A stretch of 46,746 nucleotides of DNA, taken from contig NC_090973.1 of the NCBI RefSeq assembly GCF_040807025.1, forward strand, positions 935,107 through 981,852, given 5' to 3'. A program made the position numbers and the translations under genes. The notes beneath the pieces were generated by a model. The model had not been told where the DNA came from. It was given only the letters and a program-made list of their open reading frames with translations, and did not search any database. Positions 1-11,939 of the stretch are shown in pieces. This DNA is from Struthio camelus (Eukaryota). Every line of letters begins with the position of its first letter. Within the stretch, counting starts at the first letter, position 1.

Positions 1-1090
1 CCATGGTGGGTCCCGATGTCCCCTGAGGAGATGTTTTGCCCCCTAGTGACCTCACCTGCCCCACAGCAAGCTCACCCAACCCCCAGAGACCTCACCTGCC
101 CCCCGGTGACCTCACCCGCCCCAGTGAGGAGCTCATTTGCCCCATGGTGGGTCCTGAAGTCCCCCGAGGAGATGTTTTGCCCCCTAGTGACCTCCTCTGC
201 CCCTCGGTGACCTCACCTGCCCCCGTGATGAGTTCGTCTGCCCCATGGTGGGTCCCGATGTCCCCTGAGGAGATGTTTTGCCTCCTGATGACCTCACCTG
301 CCCCGCAGCAAGCTCACCCAACCCCCAGAGACCTCACCTGCCCCCCGGTGACCTCACCCGCCCCAGTGAGGAGCTCATTTGCCCCATGGTGGGTCCTGAA
401 GTCCCCCGAGGAGATGTTTTGCCCCCTAGTGACCTCCTCTGCCCCTCGGTGACCTCACCTGCCCCCGTGATGAGTTTGTCTGCCCCATGGTGGGTCCCGA
501 TGTCCCCTGAGGAGATGTTTTGCCCCCCGGCGACCTCCTCTGCCCCTCGGTGACCTCATCTGTCCCCCCGGTGACCTCACCCACCCCAGTGAGGAGCTCA
601 TCTGCCCCATGGTGGGTCCCGATGTCCCCTGAGGAGATGTTTTGCCTCCTGATGACCTCATCTGCCCTCCAGTGACCTCATCTGTCCCCCCGGTGACCTC
701 ACCTGCCCCCGTGATGAGCTCATCTGCCCCATGGTGGGTCCCAATGTCCCCTGAGGAGATGTTTTGCCCCCTAGTAACCTCCTCTGGCCCCCGGTGACCT
801 CACCCATCCCCATGATGAGTTCATCTGCCCCACGATGGGTTGAGATGTCCCCTGAGGAGATGTTTTGCCCCCTAGTGACCTCATCCGCCCCACAGCAAGC
901 TCACCCGCCCCCCAGAGACCTCACCTGCCCCCCGGCGACCTCACCCGCCCCCGTGATGAGCTCATCTGCCCCACGGTGAGTCCCAATGTCCCCTGAGGAG
1001 ATGTTTTGCCCCCTCGGCGACCTCCTCCACCCCCCGGTGACCTCCTCTGTCCCCCCCCCCTCCGGCGACCTCACCCACCCCACAGCAACC
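1..1090 (+). repeat. Tandem array of about 120-bp units (about 242-bp higher-order repeat), about 9 copies, derived from the MVP start-codon region
   Basis: Units recur at about 1, 140, 243, 383, 485, 605, 725, 832 and 965. Each carries ..gccccATGGtgggtcc..cacagcaagctcacc..acctcacctgccccccggtgacctcacccgcccc. These are the same blocks that flank the true ATG at 1080-1135. Confidence 0.8.
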
Positions 1091-1131
1091 TCACCTGCCC
1101 CCCGGGAGCCCGCCCGCCCCCCGGCCGCCCC

Positions 1132-1250
1132 ATGGAGGACCCCGTGATCCGCATCCCGCCCTACCACTACATCCACGTGCTCGACCTCAACTCCAACGTC
1201 ACCCGCGTCGAGGTCGGGCCCCTCACCTACATCCGCCAGGACCATGAGAG
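1132..1250 (+). CDS. MVP: Major vault protein, coding exon 1 (initiator ATG; [39 protein letters not shown] + 2 nt)
   Basis: Translation matches the vertebrate MVP N-terminus ([31 protein letters not shown]). ATG sits in context gccccATGG. Donor gag|GTGGGT at 1250/1251, phase 2. Confidence 0.85.
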
Positions 1251-1319
1251 GTGGGTGCTGGGGGGCCCGGCGGGGGCTATAGGGGACGGGGAGCCCCCCC
1301 CCCGCCGACGTCTCTGAGG

Positions 1320-4300
1320 GGCGTCTGGGGGGGGCCTCTATAGGGCGCTTTATGGGCCTACGGGGGCTCTGTGGGGTTGTGGGGTTCCTATAGGGCTTTT
1401 TAAGGCTGTGTGAGACCCTATAGGGGGTTCTTTAGGGCTTCGGGACGTCTATAGGGCTCTGCGGTTCCTATAGAGTCCTGCATGGCTCTGACAGGCTTTA
1501 CAATAAATTATATAGATAATATGATGTATCTATAGGACGTTGTGGTATCTATAGGACTCTATAAGGCCATGGGGGGGGTATATAAGGGACTCTCCAGAGT
1601 TAAGGAGCCTCTATAGGGCTCTGGGCTTCCTTCAGGGCTATGGGGAGTGTTGAAGGGTTCTTTAGGGCTGGGGGGGGGGCTATAGGATGTGGGGGGGGTA
1701 TGGAGGGACTCTATAGGGCTGCGGGGTCCCTATAGGATCCATGGGGAGGTGGGGGGGGTCTCTGTGGGGCTGAGGGGGCTCTATAGGGCTCCGGGGACCC
1801 TCTAGGGCTGTAAGGGGTGTTGAGGGGCTCTCTAGGGGTGTGTGGGGGGGGTCCCTATAGGGCCATAAGGAGTTTGAGGGGCTCTATAGGGTTGGGGGGG
1901 GTCCATAGGGCTACGGTGGGTGTTAGGGAGCTCTATAGGGCCGTAAGTACTTCTACAGGGCTGTGGGGGTTGGGGGGGCTTTATGAAACTATGGTGTTCC
2001 TATAGGGCCTGGCAGTATGTTGAGGTCTTTATAGGGAAGCGAGGTGCCTAGCGGGGTTTCTATAGGGTTATGGGGATGCTGGAGGGCTCTATAGAGCCTG
2101 GAAGAGGTGTTGGGGGGCTCTGTAGGGCTGTGGGGCCCCTCCAGGGCTGGAGGGGGTGTTGGGGGCCCTCTAGGGCTGTGGGGGCTCTATAGAGTCGTGG
2201 GGGGTGCTGGGGGGGGGTCCTGTAGGGCTGTGGGGCCCGTATAGGGCCAGGGGGTGTCAGAGGGCTCTATAGGTTGTGGGGGGTGGGTGCTGGGGGGCTC
2301 TATAGGGTGCTGAGGGGCATCAGGGGCTCCTATAGGGTTGTAGGGGGTCTGGGGGGCTCTATAGGGCACTAAGGGGGGTGGGGGACTCCTATAGGGCTGG
2401 TAGGGGGTGTGGGGGCCTCTCTAGGGTGCTAAGGTGTATTGGGGACTCCTATAGGGCTGGGGGGGCTGGGGGGGTTCTATAGGGTGCTAAGGGGTGTGGG
2501 GGACTCCTATAGGGGCTGGGGGGGCTCTATGGGGTGCTAAGGGGTGTGGGAGACTCCTATAGGGCTGGGGGGGCTCTATAGGGCACTAAGGGGTGTGGGA
2601 GACTCCTATAGGGCTGGGGGGGCTCTATAGGGCACTAAGGGGTGTGGGAGACTCCCATAGGGCTGGGGGGGCTCTATGGGGCACTAAGGGGTCTGGGAGA
2701 CTCCTATAGGGCTGGGGGAGTCTCTAGGGTGCTAAGGGGTCTGGGGGACTCCTATAGGGCTGGGGGGTCTCTAGGGTGCTAAGGGGTCTGGGGGGCTCCT
2801 ATAGGGCTCCTAGGGGGGCTGGGGGACTCCTATAGGGCTGGGGGGGTCTCTAGGGTGCTAAGAGGTCTGGGGGGCTCCTATAGGGCTCCTAGGGGGGCTG
2901 GGGGACTCCTATAGGGCTGGGGGGGTCTCTAGGGTGCTAAGGGGTCTGGGGGGGCTCCTATAGGGCTCCTAGGGGGGCTGGGGGACTCCTATAGGGCTGG
3001 GGGGGTCTCTAGGGGGCTAAAGGGTCTGGGGGGCTCCTATAGGGCTCCTAGGGGGGCTGGGGGACTCCTATAGGGCTGGGGGGGTCTCTAGGGTGCTAAG
3101 GGGTCTGGGGGGCTCCTATAGGGCTCCTAGGGGGGCTGGGGGACTCCTATAGGGCTGGGGGGGTCTCTAGGGTGCTAAGGGGTCTGGGGGACTCCTATAG
3201 GGGCTGGGGGGGCTCTATGGGGTGCTAAGGGGTGTGGGAGACTCCTATAGGGCTGGGGGGGCTCTATAGGGCACTAAGGGGTGTGGGAGACTCCCATAGG
3301 GCTGGGGGGGCTCTATGGGGCACTAAGGGGTGTGGGGGACTCCTATAGGGCTGGGGGAGTCTCTAGGGTGCTAAGGGGTCTGGGGGACTCCTATAGGGCT
3401 GGGGGGGCTCTATGGGGCACTAAGGGGTGTGGGGGACTCCTATAGGGCTGGGGGGGTCTCTAGGGTGCTAAGGGGTCTGGGGGACTCCTATAGGGCTCCT
3501 AGGGGGGCTGGGGACTCCTATAGGGCTGGGGGGGTCTCTAGGGTGCTAAGGGGTCTGGGGGACTCCTATAGGGCTGGGGGGTCTCTAGGGTGCTAAGGGC
3601 TCTGGGGGGCTCCTATAGGGCTCCTAAGGGGTCTGGGGGCTCCTATAGGGCTGGGGGGGTCTCTAGGGGGCTAAAGGGTCTGGGGGGCTCCTATAGGGCT
3701 CCTAGGGGGGCTGGGGACTCCTATAGAGCTGGGGGAGTCTCTAGGGTGCTAAGGGGTCTGGGGGACTCCTATAGGGCTGGGGGGTCTCTAGGGTGCTAAG
3801 GGCTCTGGGGGGCTCCTATAGGGCTCCTAGGGGGGCTGGGGGACTCCTATAGGGCTGGGGGGGTCTCTAGGGGGCTAAAGGGTCTGGGGGGCTCCTATAG
3901 GGCTCCTAGGGGGGCTGGGGACTCCTATAGGGCTGGGGGAGTCTCTAGGGTGCTAAGGGGTCTGGGGGGCTCCTATAGGGCTCCTAGGGGGGCTGGGGGA
4001 CTCCTATAGGGCTGGGGGGGCTCTAGGGTGCTAAGGGGACTGGGGGGCTCCTATAGGGCTCCTAGGGGGGCTGGGGGCTCCTATAGGGCTGGGGGGTCTC
4101 TAGGGTGCTAAGGGGTCTGGGGGGCTCCTATAGGGCTCCTAGGGGGGCTGGGGGACTCCTATAGGGCTGGGGGGGTCTCTAGGGTGCTAAGAGGTCTGGG
4201 GGGCTCCTATAGGGCTCCTAGGGGGGCTGGGGGACTCCTATAGGGCTGGGGGGGTCTCTAGGGTGCTAAGGGGTCTGGGGGGGCTCCTATAGGGCTCCTA

Positions 4301-5790
4301 GGGGGGCTGGGGGACTCCTATAGGGCTGGGGGGGTCTCTAGGGTCCTAAGGGGTCTGGGGGGCTCCTATAGGGCTCCTAGGGGGGCTGGGGGACTCCTAT
4401 AGGGCTGGGGGGGTCTCTAGGGTGCTAAGGGGTCTGGGGGGGCTCCTATAGGGCTCCTAGGGGGGCTGGGGGCTCCTATAGGGCTGGGGGGTCTCTAGGG
4501 TGCTAAGGGGTCTGGGGGGGCTCCTATAGGGCTCCTAGGGGGGCTGGGGGCTCCTATAGGGCTGGGGGGGTCTCTAGGGTGCTAAGGGGTCTGGGGGGCT
4601 CCTACAGGGCTCCTAGGGGGGCTGGGGGCTCCTATAGGGCTGGGGGGGTCTCTAGGGTCCTAAGGGCTCTGGGGGGCTCCTATAGGGCTCCTAGGGGGGC
4701 TGGGGGACTCCTATAGGGCTGGGGGGGTCTCTAGGGTGCTAAGGGGTCTGGGGGGCTCCTATAGGGCTCCTAGGGGGGCTGGGGGCTCCTATAGGGCTGG
4801 GGGGATCTCTAGGGTCCTAAGGGCTCTGGGGGGCTCCTATAGGGCTCCTAGGGGGGCTGGGGGACTCCTATAGGGCTGGGGGGGTCTCTAGGGTGCTAAG
4901 GGGTCTGGGGGGCTCCTATAGGGCTCCTAGGGGGGCTGGGGGACTCCTATAGGGCTGGGGGGGTCTCTAGGGTGCTAAGGGGTCTGGGGGGCTCCTATAG
5001 GGCTCCTAGGGGGGCTGGGGGCTCCTATAGGGCTGGGGGGGTCTCTAGGGTGCTAAGGGGTCTGGGGGGCTCCTATAGGGCTCCTGGGGGGGCTGGGGGC
5101 TCCTATAGGGCTGGGGGGGTCTCTAGGGTGCTAAGGGGTCTGGGGGACTTCTACAGGGCTCCTAGGGGGGCTGGGGGCTCCTATAGGGCTGGGGGGGTCT
5201 CTAGGGTGCTAAGGGCTCTGGGGGGCTCCTATAGGGCTCCTAGGGGGGCTGGGGGCTCCTATAGGGCTGGGGGGGTCTCTAGGGTGCTAAGGGGTCTGGG
5301 GGGCTCCTATAGGGCTCCTAGGGGGGCTGGGGGCTCCTATAGGGCTGGGGGGGTCTCTAGGGTGCTAAGGGGTCTGGGGGGCTCCTATAGGGCTCCTAGG
5401 GGGGCTGGGGGACTCCTATAGGGCTGGGGGGGTCTCTAGGGTGCTAAGGGGTCTGGGGGACTCCTATAGGGCTCCTAGGGGGGCTGGGGGCTCCTATAGG
5501 GCTGGGGGGTCTCTAGGGTGCTAAGGGGTCTGGGGGGCTCCTATAGGGCTCCTAGGGGGGCTGGGGCCTCCTATAGGGCTGGGGGGTCTCTAGGGTGCTA
5601 AGGGGTCTGGGGGGCTCCTATAGGGCTCCTAGGGGGGCTGGGGGACTCCTATAGGGCTGGGGGGGGTCTCTAGGGTGCTAAGGGGTCTGGGGGACTCCTA
5701 TAGGGCTGGGGGGGTCTCTAGGGTGCTAAGGGGTCTGGGGGGCTCCTATAGGGCTCCTAGGGGGGCTGGGGGGGTCTCCGAGGGGCTCCA
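1320..5790 (+). repeat. CTATAGGG-core minisatellite in MVP intron 1. It is degenerate at 1320-2400. At 2400-5790 it is a homogeneous unit of about 80 bp with about 40 copies.
   Basis: Unit: gggggactcctatagggctgggggggtctctagggtgctaaggggtctggggggctcctatagggctcctaggggggct, repeated nearly identically. Confidence 0.9.
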
Positions 5791-5897
5791 GGGCGGCGGG
5801 TGGCGCTGCGGGGGGGGGGTTCCCTAGGGCCCCCCGGGGAAGGGGAGGGGGGGTGCAGCGTAGGCACCTGCGTGGTGTCCGTCCCCCCGCACCCCAG

Positions 5898-6093
5898 GGT
5901 GGCCTTCGCCCCCGTGCGCATGGTGACGGTGCCGGCGCGGCACTACTGCACGGTGCTGCACCCCGTGGCCCGGGCGCCCGGCGGGGAGGCCCTGCTGGAC
6001 GGCACCGGGCAGGTCCGGCTGCGGCACGGCGACCTGGAGGTGCGCCTGGCCCAGGAGCCCTTCCCTCTCTACCCCGGCGAGCAGCTCCAGCAG
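5898..6093 (+). CDS. MVP: MVP coding exon 2 (R)[65 protein letters not shown]
   Basis: Acceptor accccag|G at 5897/5898 completes the Arg codon split from exon 1. Strong identity to the human MVP exon (FAPMRMVTVPPRHYCTV...[25 protein letters not shown]). Donor cag|GTACCT at 6093/6094. Confidence 0.9.
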
Positions 6094-6099
6094 GTACCT

Positions 6100-9000
6100 A
6101 TGGCCCCTATAGACCCCCTATAGACCCTATAGCCCTCCCCGCGACCCCTCCGTCCCCGGTCCGGCTGGGGCTCGGCGACCTGGAGGTGCGCCTGGCCCAG
6201 GAGCCCTTCCCTCTCTACCCCGGCGAGCAGCTCCAGCAGGTACCTATGGCCCCTATACACCCCCTATAGCCCCTATAGACCCTATAGCCCTCCCCGCGAC
6301 CCCTCCGTCCCCGGTCCGGCTGCGGCACGGCGACCTGGAGGTGCGCCTGGCCCAGGAGCCCTTCCCTCTCTCCCCCGGCGAGCAGCTCCAGCAGGTACCT
6401 ATGGCCCCTATACACCCCCTATAGCCCCTATAGCCCTCCCCGCGACCCCTCCGTCCCCGGTCCGGCTGCGGCACGGCGACCTGGAGGTGCGCCTGGCCCA
6501 GGAGCCCTTCCCGCTCTACCCCGGCGAGCAGCTCCAGCAGGTACCTATGGCCCCTATACACCCCCTATAGACCCCCTATAGCCCCTATAGCCCTCCCCGC
6601 GACCCCTCCGTCCCCGGTCCGGCTGCGGCACGGCGACCTGGAGGTGCGCCTGGCCCAGGAGCCCTTCCCGCTCTACCCCGGCGAGCAGCTCCAGCAGGTA
6701 CCTATAGCCCCTATACACCCCCTATAGCCCCTATAGACCCTATAGCCCTCCCCGCGACCCCTCCGTCCCCGGTCCGGCTGCGGCACGGCGACCTGGAGGT
6801 GCGCCTGGCCCAGGAGCCCTTCCCTCTCTACCCCGGCGAGCAGCTCCAGCAGGTACCTACGGCCCCTATAGACCCCCTATAGCCCCTATAGCCCTCCCCG
6901 CGACCCCTCCGTCCCCGGTCCGGCTGCGGCTCGGCGACCTGGAGGTGCGCCTGGCCCAGGAGCCCTTCCCGCTCTACCCCGGCGAGCAGCTCCAGCAGGT
7001 ACCTATGGCCCCTATACACCCCCTATAGCCCCTATAGCCCCTATAGCCCTCCCCGCGACCCCTCCGTCCCCGGTCCGGCTGCGGCACGGCGACCTGGAGG
7101 TGCGCCTGGCCCAGGAGCCCTTCCCTCTCTCCCCCGGCGAGCAGCTCCAGCAGGTACCTATGGCCCCCATACACCCCCTATAGCCCCTATAGCCCCTATA
7201 GCCCCTATAGCCCTCCCCGCGACCCCTCCGTCCCCGGTCCAGCTGCGGCTCGGCGACCTGGAGGTGCGCCTGGCCCAGGAGCCCTTCCCTCTCTCCCCCG
7301 GCGAGCAGCTCCAGCAGGTACCTACGGCCCCTATACACCCCCTATAGCCCCTATAGCCCCTATAGCCCTCCCCGCGACCCCTCCGTCCCCGGTCCGGCTG
7401 CGGCTCGGCGACCTGGAGGTGCGCCTGGCCCAGGAGCCCTTCCCTCTCTACCCCGGCGAGCAGCTCCAGCAGGTACCTATGGCCCCTATACACCCCCTAT
7501 AGCCCCTATAGACCCTATAGCCCTCCCCGCGACCCCTCCGTCCCCGGTCCGGCTGCGGCTCGGCGACCTGGAGGTGCGCCTGGCCCAGGAGCCCTTCCCT
7601 CTCTACCCCGGCGAGCAGCTCCAGCAGGTACCTATGGCCCCTATAGACCCCCTATAGCCCCTATAGCCCCTATAGCCCTCCCCGCGACCCCTCCGTCCCC
7701 GGTCCGGCTGGGGCTCGGCGACCTGGAGGTGCGCCTGGCCCAGGAGCCCTTCCCTCTCTCCCCCGGCGAGCAGCTCCAGCAGGTACCTATGGCCCCTATA
7801 CACCCCCTATAGCCCCTATAGACCCCCTATAGTCCCTATAGCCCTCCCCGCGACCCCTCCGTCCCCGGTCCGGCTGCGGCTCGGCGACCTGGAGGTGCGC
7901 CTGGCCCAGGAGCCCTTCCCTCTCTACCCCGGTGAGCAGCTCCAGCAGGTACCTACGGCCCCTATACACCCCCTATAGCCCCTATAGCCCCTATAGCCCT
8001 CCCCGCGACCCCTCCGTCCCCGGTCCGGCTGGGGCTTGGCGACCTGGAGGTGCGCCTGGCCCAGGAGCCCTTCCCTCTCTACCCCGGCGAGCAGCTCCAG
8101 CAGGTACCTACGGCCCCTATACACCCCCTATAGCCCCTATAGCCCCTATAGACCCTATAGCCCTCCCCGCGACCCCTCCGTCCCCGGTCCGGCTGCGGCT
8201 CGGCGACCTGGAGGTGCGCCTGGCCCAGGAGCCCTTCCCTCTCTACCCCGGCGAGCAGCTCCAGCAGGTACCTATGGCCCCTATACACCCCCTATAGCCC
8301 CTATAGCCCCTATAGACCCTATAGCCCTCCCCGCGACCCCTCCGTCCCCGGTCCGGCTGCGGCACGGCGACCTGGAGGTGCGCCTGGCCCAGGAGCCCTT
8401 CCCTCTCTACCCCGGCGAGCAGCTCCAGCAGGTACCTATGGCCCCTATACACCCCCTATAGCCCCTATAGCCCCTATAGCCCTCCCCGCGACCCCTCCGT
8501 CCCCGGTCCGGCTGCGGCACGGCGACCTGGAGGTGCGCCTGGCCCAGGAGCCCTTCCCTCTCTCCCCCGGCGAGCAGCTCCAGCAGGTACCTACGGCCCC
8601 TATAGACCCCCTATAGCCCCTATAGCCCCTATAGCCCCTATAGCCCTCCCCGCGACCCCTCCGTCCCCGGTCCGGCTGCGGCACGGCGACCTGGAGGTGC
8701 GCCTGGCCCAGGAGCCCTTCCCTCTCTACCCCGGCGAGCAGCTCCAGCAGGTACCTATGGCCCCTATACACCCCCTATAGCCCCTATAGCCCCTATAGCC
8801 CCTATAGCCCTCCCCGCGACCCCTCCGTCCCCGGTCCGGCTGGGGCTTGGCGACCTGGAGGTGCGCCTGGCCCAGGAGCCCTTCCCTCTCTCCCCCGGCG
8901 AGCAGCTCCAGCAGGTACCTATGGCCCCTATACACCCCCTATAGCCCCTATACACCCCCTATAGCCCCTATAGCCCTCCCCGCGACCCCTCCGTCCCCGG

Positions 9001-10075
9001 TCCGGCTGGGGCTTGGCGACCTGGAGGTGTGCCTGGCCCAGGAGCCCTTCCCTCTCTCCCCCGGCGAGCAGCTCCAGCAGGTACCTACGGCCCCTATACA
9101 CCCCCGATAGCCCCTATAGACCCCCTATAGCCCCTATAGTCCCTATAGCCCTCCCCACGACCCCTCCGTCCCCGGTCCGGCTGCGGCTCGGCGACCTGGA
9201 GGTGCGCCTGGCCCAGGAGCCCTTCCCTCTCTCCCCCGGCGAGCAGCTCCAGCAGGTACCTATGGCCCCTATACACCCCCTATAGCCCCTATAGCCCTCC
9301 CCGTGACCCCTCCGTCCCCGGTCCGGCTGCGGCTTGGCGACCTGGAGGTGCGCCTGGCCCAGGAGCCCTTCCCTCTCTCCCCCGGCGAGCAGCTCCAGCA
9401 GGTACCTACGGCCCCTATAGACCCCCTATAGCCCCTATAGACCCCCTATAGCCCCCTATAGCCCCTATAGCCCTCCCCGCGACCCCTCCGTCCCCGGTCC
9501 GGCTGCGGCTCGGCGACCTGGAGGTGCGCCTGGCCCAGGAGCCCTTCCCTCTCTCCCCCGGCGAGCAGCTCCAGCAGGTACCTACGGCCCCTATAGACCC
9601 CCTATAGCCCCTATAGACCCCCTATAGCCCCTATAGCCCCTATAGCCCTCCCCGCGACCCCTCCGTCCCCGGTCCAGCTGCGGCACGGCGACCTGGAGGT
9701 GCGCCTGGCCCAGGAGCCCTTCCCTCTCTACCCCGGCGAGCAGCTCCAGCAGGTACCTATGGCCCCTATACACCCCCTATAGCCCCTATAGCCCTCCCCG
9801 CGACCCCTCCGTCCCCGGTCCGGCTGCGGCACGGCGACCTGGAGGTGCGCCTGGCCCAGGAGCCCTTCCCGCTCTACCCCGGCGAGCAGCTCCAGCAGGT
9901 ACCTACGGCCCCTATAGACCCCCTATAGACCTATAGACCCCCTATAGCCCTCCCCGCGACCCCTCCGTCCCCGGTCCGGCTGCGGCACGGCGACCTGGAG
10001 GTGCGCCTGGCCCAGGAGCCCTTCCCTCTCTCCCCCGGCGAGCAGCTCCAGCAGGTACCTACGGCCCCTATACAT
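6100..10075 (+). repeat. About 25 tandem copies (150-165 bp each) of the 3' 81 nt of MVP exon 2 plus the splice donor CAG|GTACCT plus (cccctatag)n
   Basis: ggcgacctggaggtgcgcctggcccaggagcccttccc...gagcagctccagcaggtacct recurs at about 6174, 6318, 6469, 6626, 6783, 6927, 7085, 7249, 7400, 7561, 7712, 7878, 8037, 8197, 8358, 8518, 8679, 8841, 9006, 9184, 9342, 9510, 9676, 9828 and 9982. Confidence 0.95.
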
Positions 10076-10479
10076 CTTCTCGTAGCCTGCCATAACTGCT
10101 GCAGTTAACCCCGGTCGTGCTGTCGTTTCTATAGGCTCCATGAACCACTATAGCTCCTTCAGCAACCCCACGGGCTCTTACAGCTCCTCTAGGCCCTATT
10201 GCCCCCTATAGCTCCTCTGGCCACTCAATGGGCTCCTATAGCTCCTCCGGGCTCCACAACCTCCCCCTGCCCGGTTTCCTATAGGCACTATGGGTCTCTC
10301 GCGGTCTCCTATAGGCTCCGTAACCCCCTATAGCTCTTCTAACCACTTGATGGGCTCCTATGGCCCCCCCCCAGGCTCCACAACCCCCCCCATTCCCTAT
10401 AGCTCCTATGGCCTCCTCATGGCTTCCTATAGGCTCTGTGTTCCCCTATAGCCGCTGTAGCCACCCCATGGGCTCCTAT

Positions 10480-11575
10480 AGCTGCTATAAGCTCCGCGGC
10501 ACCTGTAGCCGCCCCCAGCCACCCTTGTCCCCTGGGTGTCCCTGCATGACCCTCTGCCCCTGGTGTCACCCGCTGTCCCCTGGGTGTCACCCCCATGCCT
10601 GGTGTCCCCCACTGTCCCCTGGGTGTCCACCTGCCCCCCTGGGTGTCACCCCCATGCCTGGTGTCCCCCACTGTCCCCTGGGTGTCCACCTGTCCCCCGG
10701 TGTCACCTGCTGTCCCCGGGTGTCATCCCCATCCCTGGTGTCACCCACTGTCCCCTGGGCGTCATCTCCATCCCCCGTGTCCCCCACCATCCCCTGGGTG
10801 TCCACCTGTCCCGTGGGTGTCATCTCCATCCCCGGTGTCACCCACTGTCCCCTGAGTGTCCACCTGTCCTATGGGTGTCATCTCCATCCCCGGTGTCCCC
10901 CACCATCCCCTGGGTGTCATCTCCATCCCTGGTGTCCCCCACCATCCCCTGAGTGTCCACCTGTCCTATGGGTGTCATCTCCATCCCCGGTGTCCCCCAC
11001 CGTCCCCTGGGTGTCATCTCCATCCCCGGTGTCCCCCACCATCCCCTGGGTGTCCACCTGTCCCGTGGGTGTCATCTCCATCCCCAGTGTCCCCCACCGT
11101 CCCCTGGGTGTCATCTCCATCCCCGATGTCATCTGGTGTCCCCTGGGTGTCCACCTGTCCTATGGGTGTCATCTCCATCCCCAGTGTCCCCCACCGTCCC
11201 CTGGGTGTCATCTCCATCCCCGATGTCATCTGGTGTCCCCTGGGTGTCCACCTGTCCCGTGGGTGTCATCTCCATCCCTGGTGTCCCCCACCGTCCCCTG
11301 GGTGTCATCTCCATCCCCAGAGTCCCCCACTGTCCCCTGGGTGTCCACCTGTCCCGTGGGTGTCATCTCCATCCCCAGTGTCCCCCACCGTCCCCTGGGT
11401 GTCATCTCCATCCCTGGTGTCCCCCACCGCCTCCTGGGTGTCCACCTGTCCCGTGGGTGTCATCTCCATCCCTGGTGTCCCCCACCATCCCCTGGGTGTC
11501 CACCTGTCCCCTGGGTGTCATCTCCATCCCTGGTGTCCCCCACTGTCCCCTGGGCGTCCGCCTGAACCCCGGGCG
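10480..11575 (+). repeat. About 97-bp tandem repeat, about 11 copies, ending at the exon 3 acceptor (MVP intron 2)
   Basis: gtgtccacctgtcc..gggtgtcatctccatcccc(g/t)gtgtcccccacc recurs at 10621, 10797, 10950, 11047, 11150, 11247, 11344 and 11441. Confidence 0.85.
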
Positions 11576-11594
11576 TCACCCGCCTTGCCAACAG

Positions 11595-11718
11595 GACGTG
11601 ACGCCGCTGCGGGTGGTGCCGGCCGACACGGCGCTGCGCCTCCGCGCCCTGCTCGACTTCGAGGCCGACGACGGCACCCGCTTCGTGGCCGGCGACGAGT
11701 GGCTCTTCGAGGGCCCCG
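11595..11718 (+). CDS. MVP: MVP coding exon 3 [41 protein letters not shown](G)
   Basis: Acceptor ccaacag|GAC. Matches human [42 protein letters not shown]. Donor ccccg|GTGAGT, phase 1. Confidence 0.9.
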
Positions 11719-11804
11719 GTGAGTGGCGGGGGGCACCCGGGCCGGGAGGGCGGGGGTGGGTGCCACCAGCCCGGCGTGACCCCCCCGCCGTCCCTCCTCC
11801 GCAG

Positions 11805-11936
11805 GCACCTACATCCCGCGCAAGGAGGTGGAGGTGGCCGAGACGCTGCAGGCCACCATCATCGGCCCCAACCAGGCCGTGCGGCTGCGGGCGCGCAAGG
11901 AGTGCGCCGACCGCGAGGGCGCCCGCCGCGTCACAG
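11805..11936 (+). CDS. MVP: MVP coding exon 4 (G)[43 protein letters not shown](G)
   Basis: Acceptor tcctccgcag|GC. Matches human [33 protein letters not shown]. Donor cacag|GTGCCC. Confidence 0.9.
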
Positions 11937-11939
11937 GTG

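Noticed and set aside
1-1090. The ATG-containing repeat copies as genuine alternative MVP initiation codons
   Set aside because: Each upstream ATG is followed by an in-frame stop within 8 codons (atg gtg ggt ccc gat gtc ccc tga). Only the ATG at 1132 opens the MVP reading frame.
2400-5790. A CRISPR-like regular repeat array
   Set aside because: This is a eukaryotic intron with spliced genes. The units are contiguous direct repeats with no unique spacers, which makes it a minisatellite and not a CRISPR locus.
6100-10075. Whether the 25 exon-2-like units are additional coding exons (duplicated MVP repeat domains)
   Set aside because: Each unit contains only the last 81 nt of exon 2 and lacks the exon's 5' 115 nt and its acceptor. 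The unit-internal pseudo-exon is 107 nt, which is not a multiple of 3. The downstream exon 3 is in phase only with the first donor at 6093.
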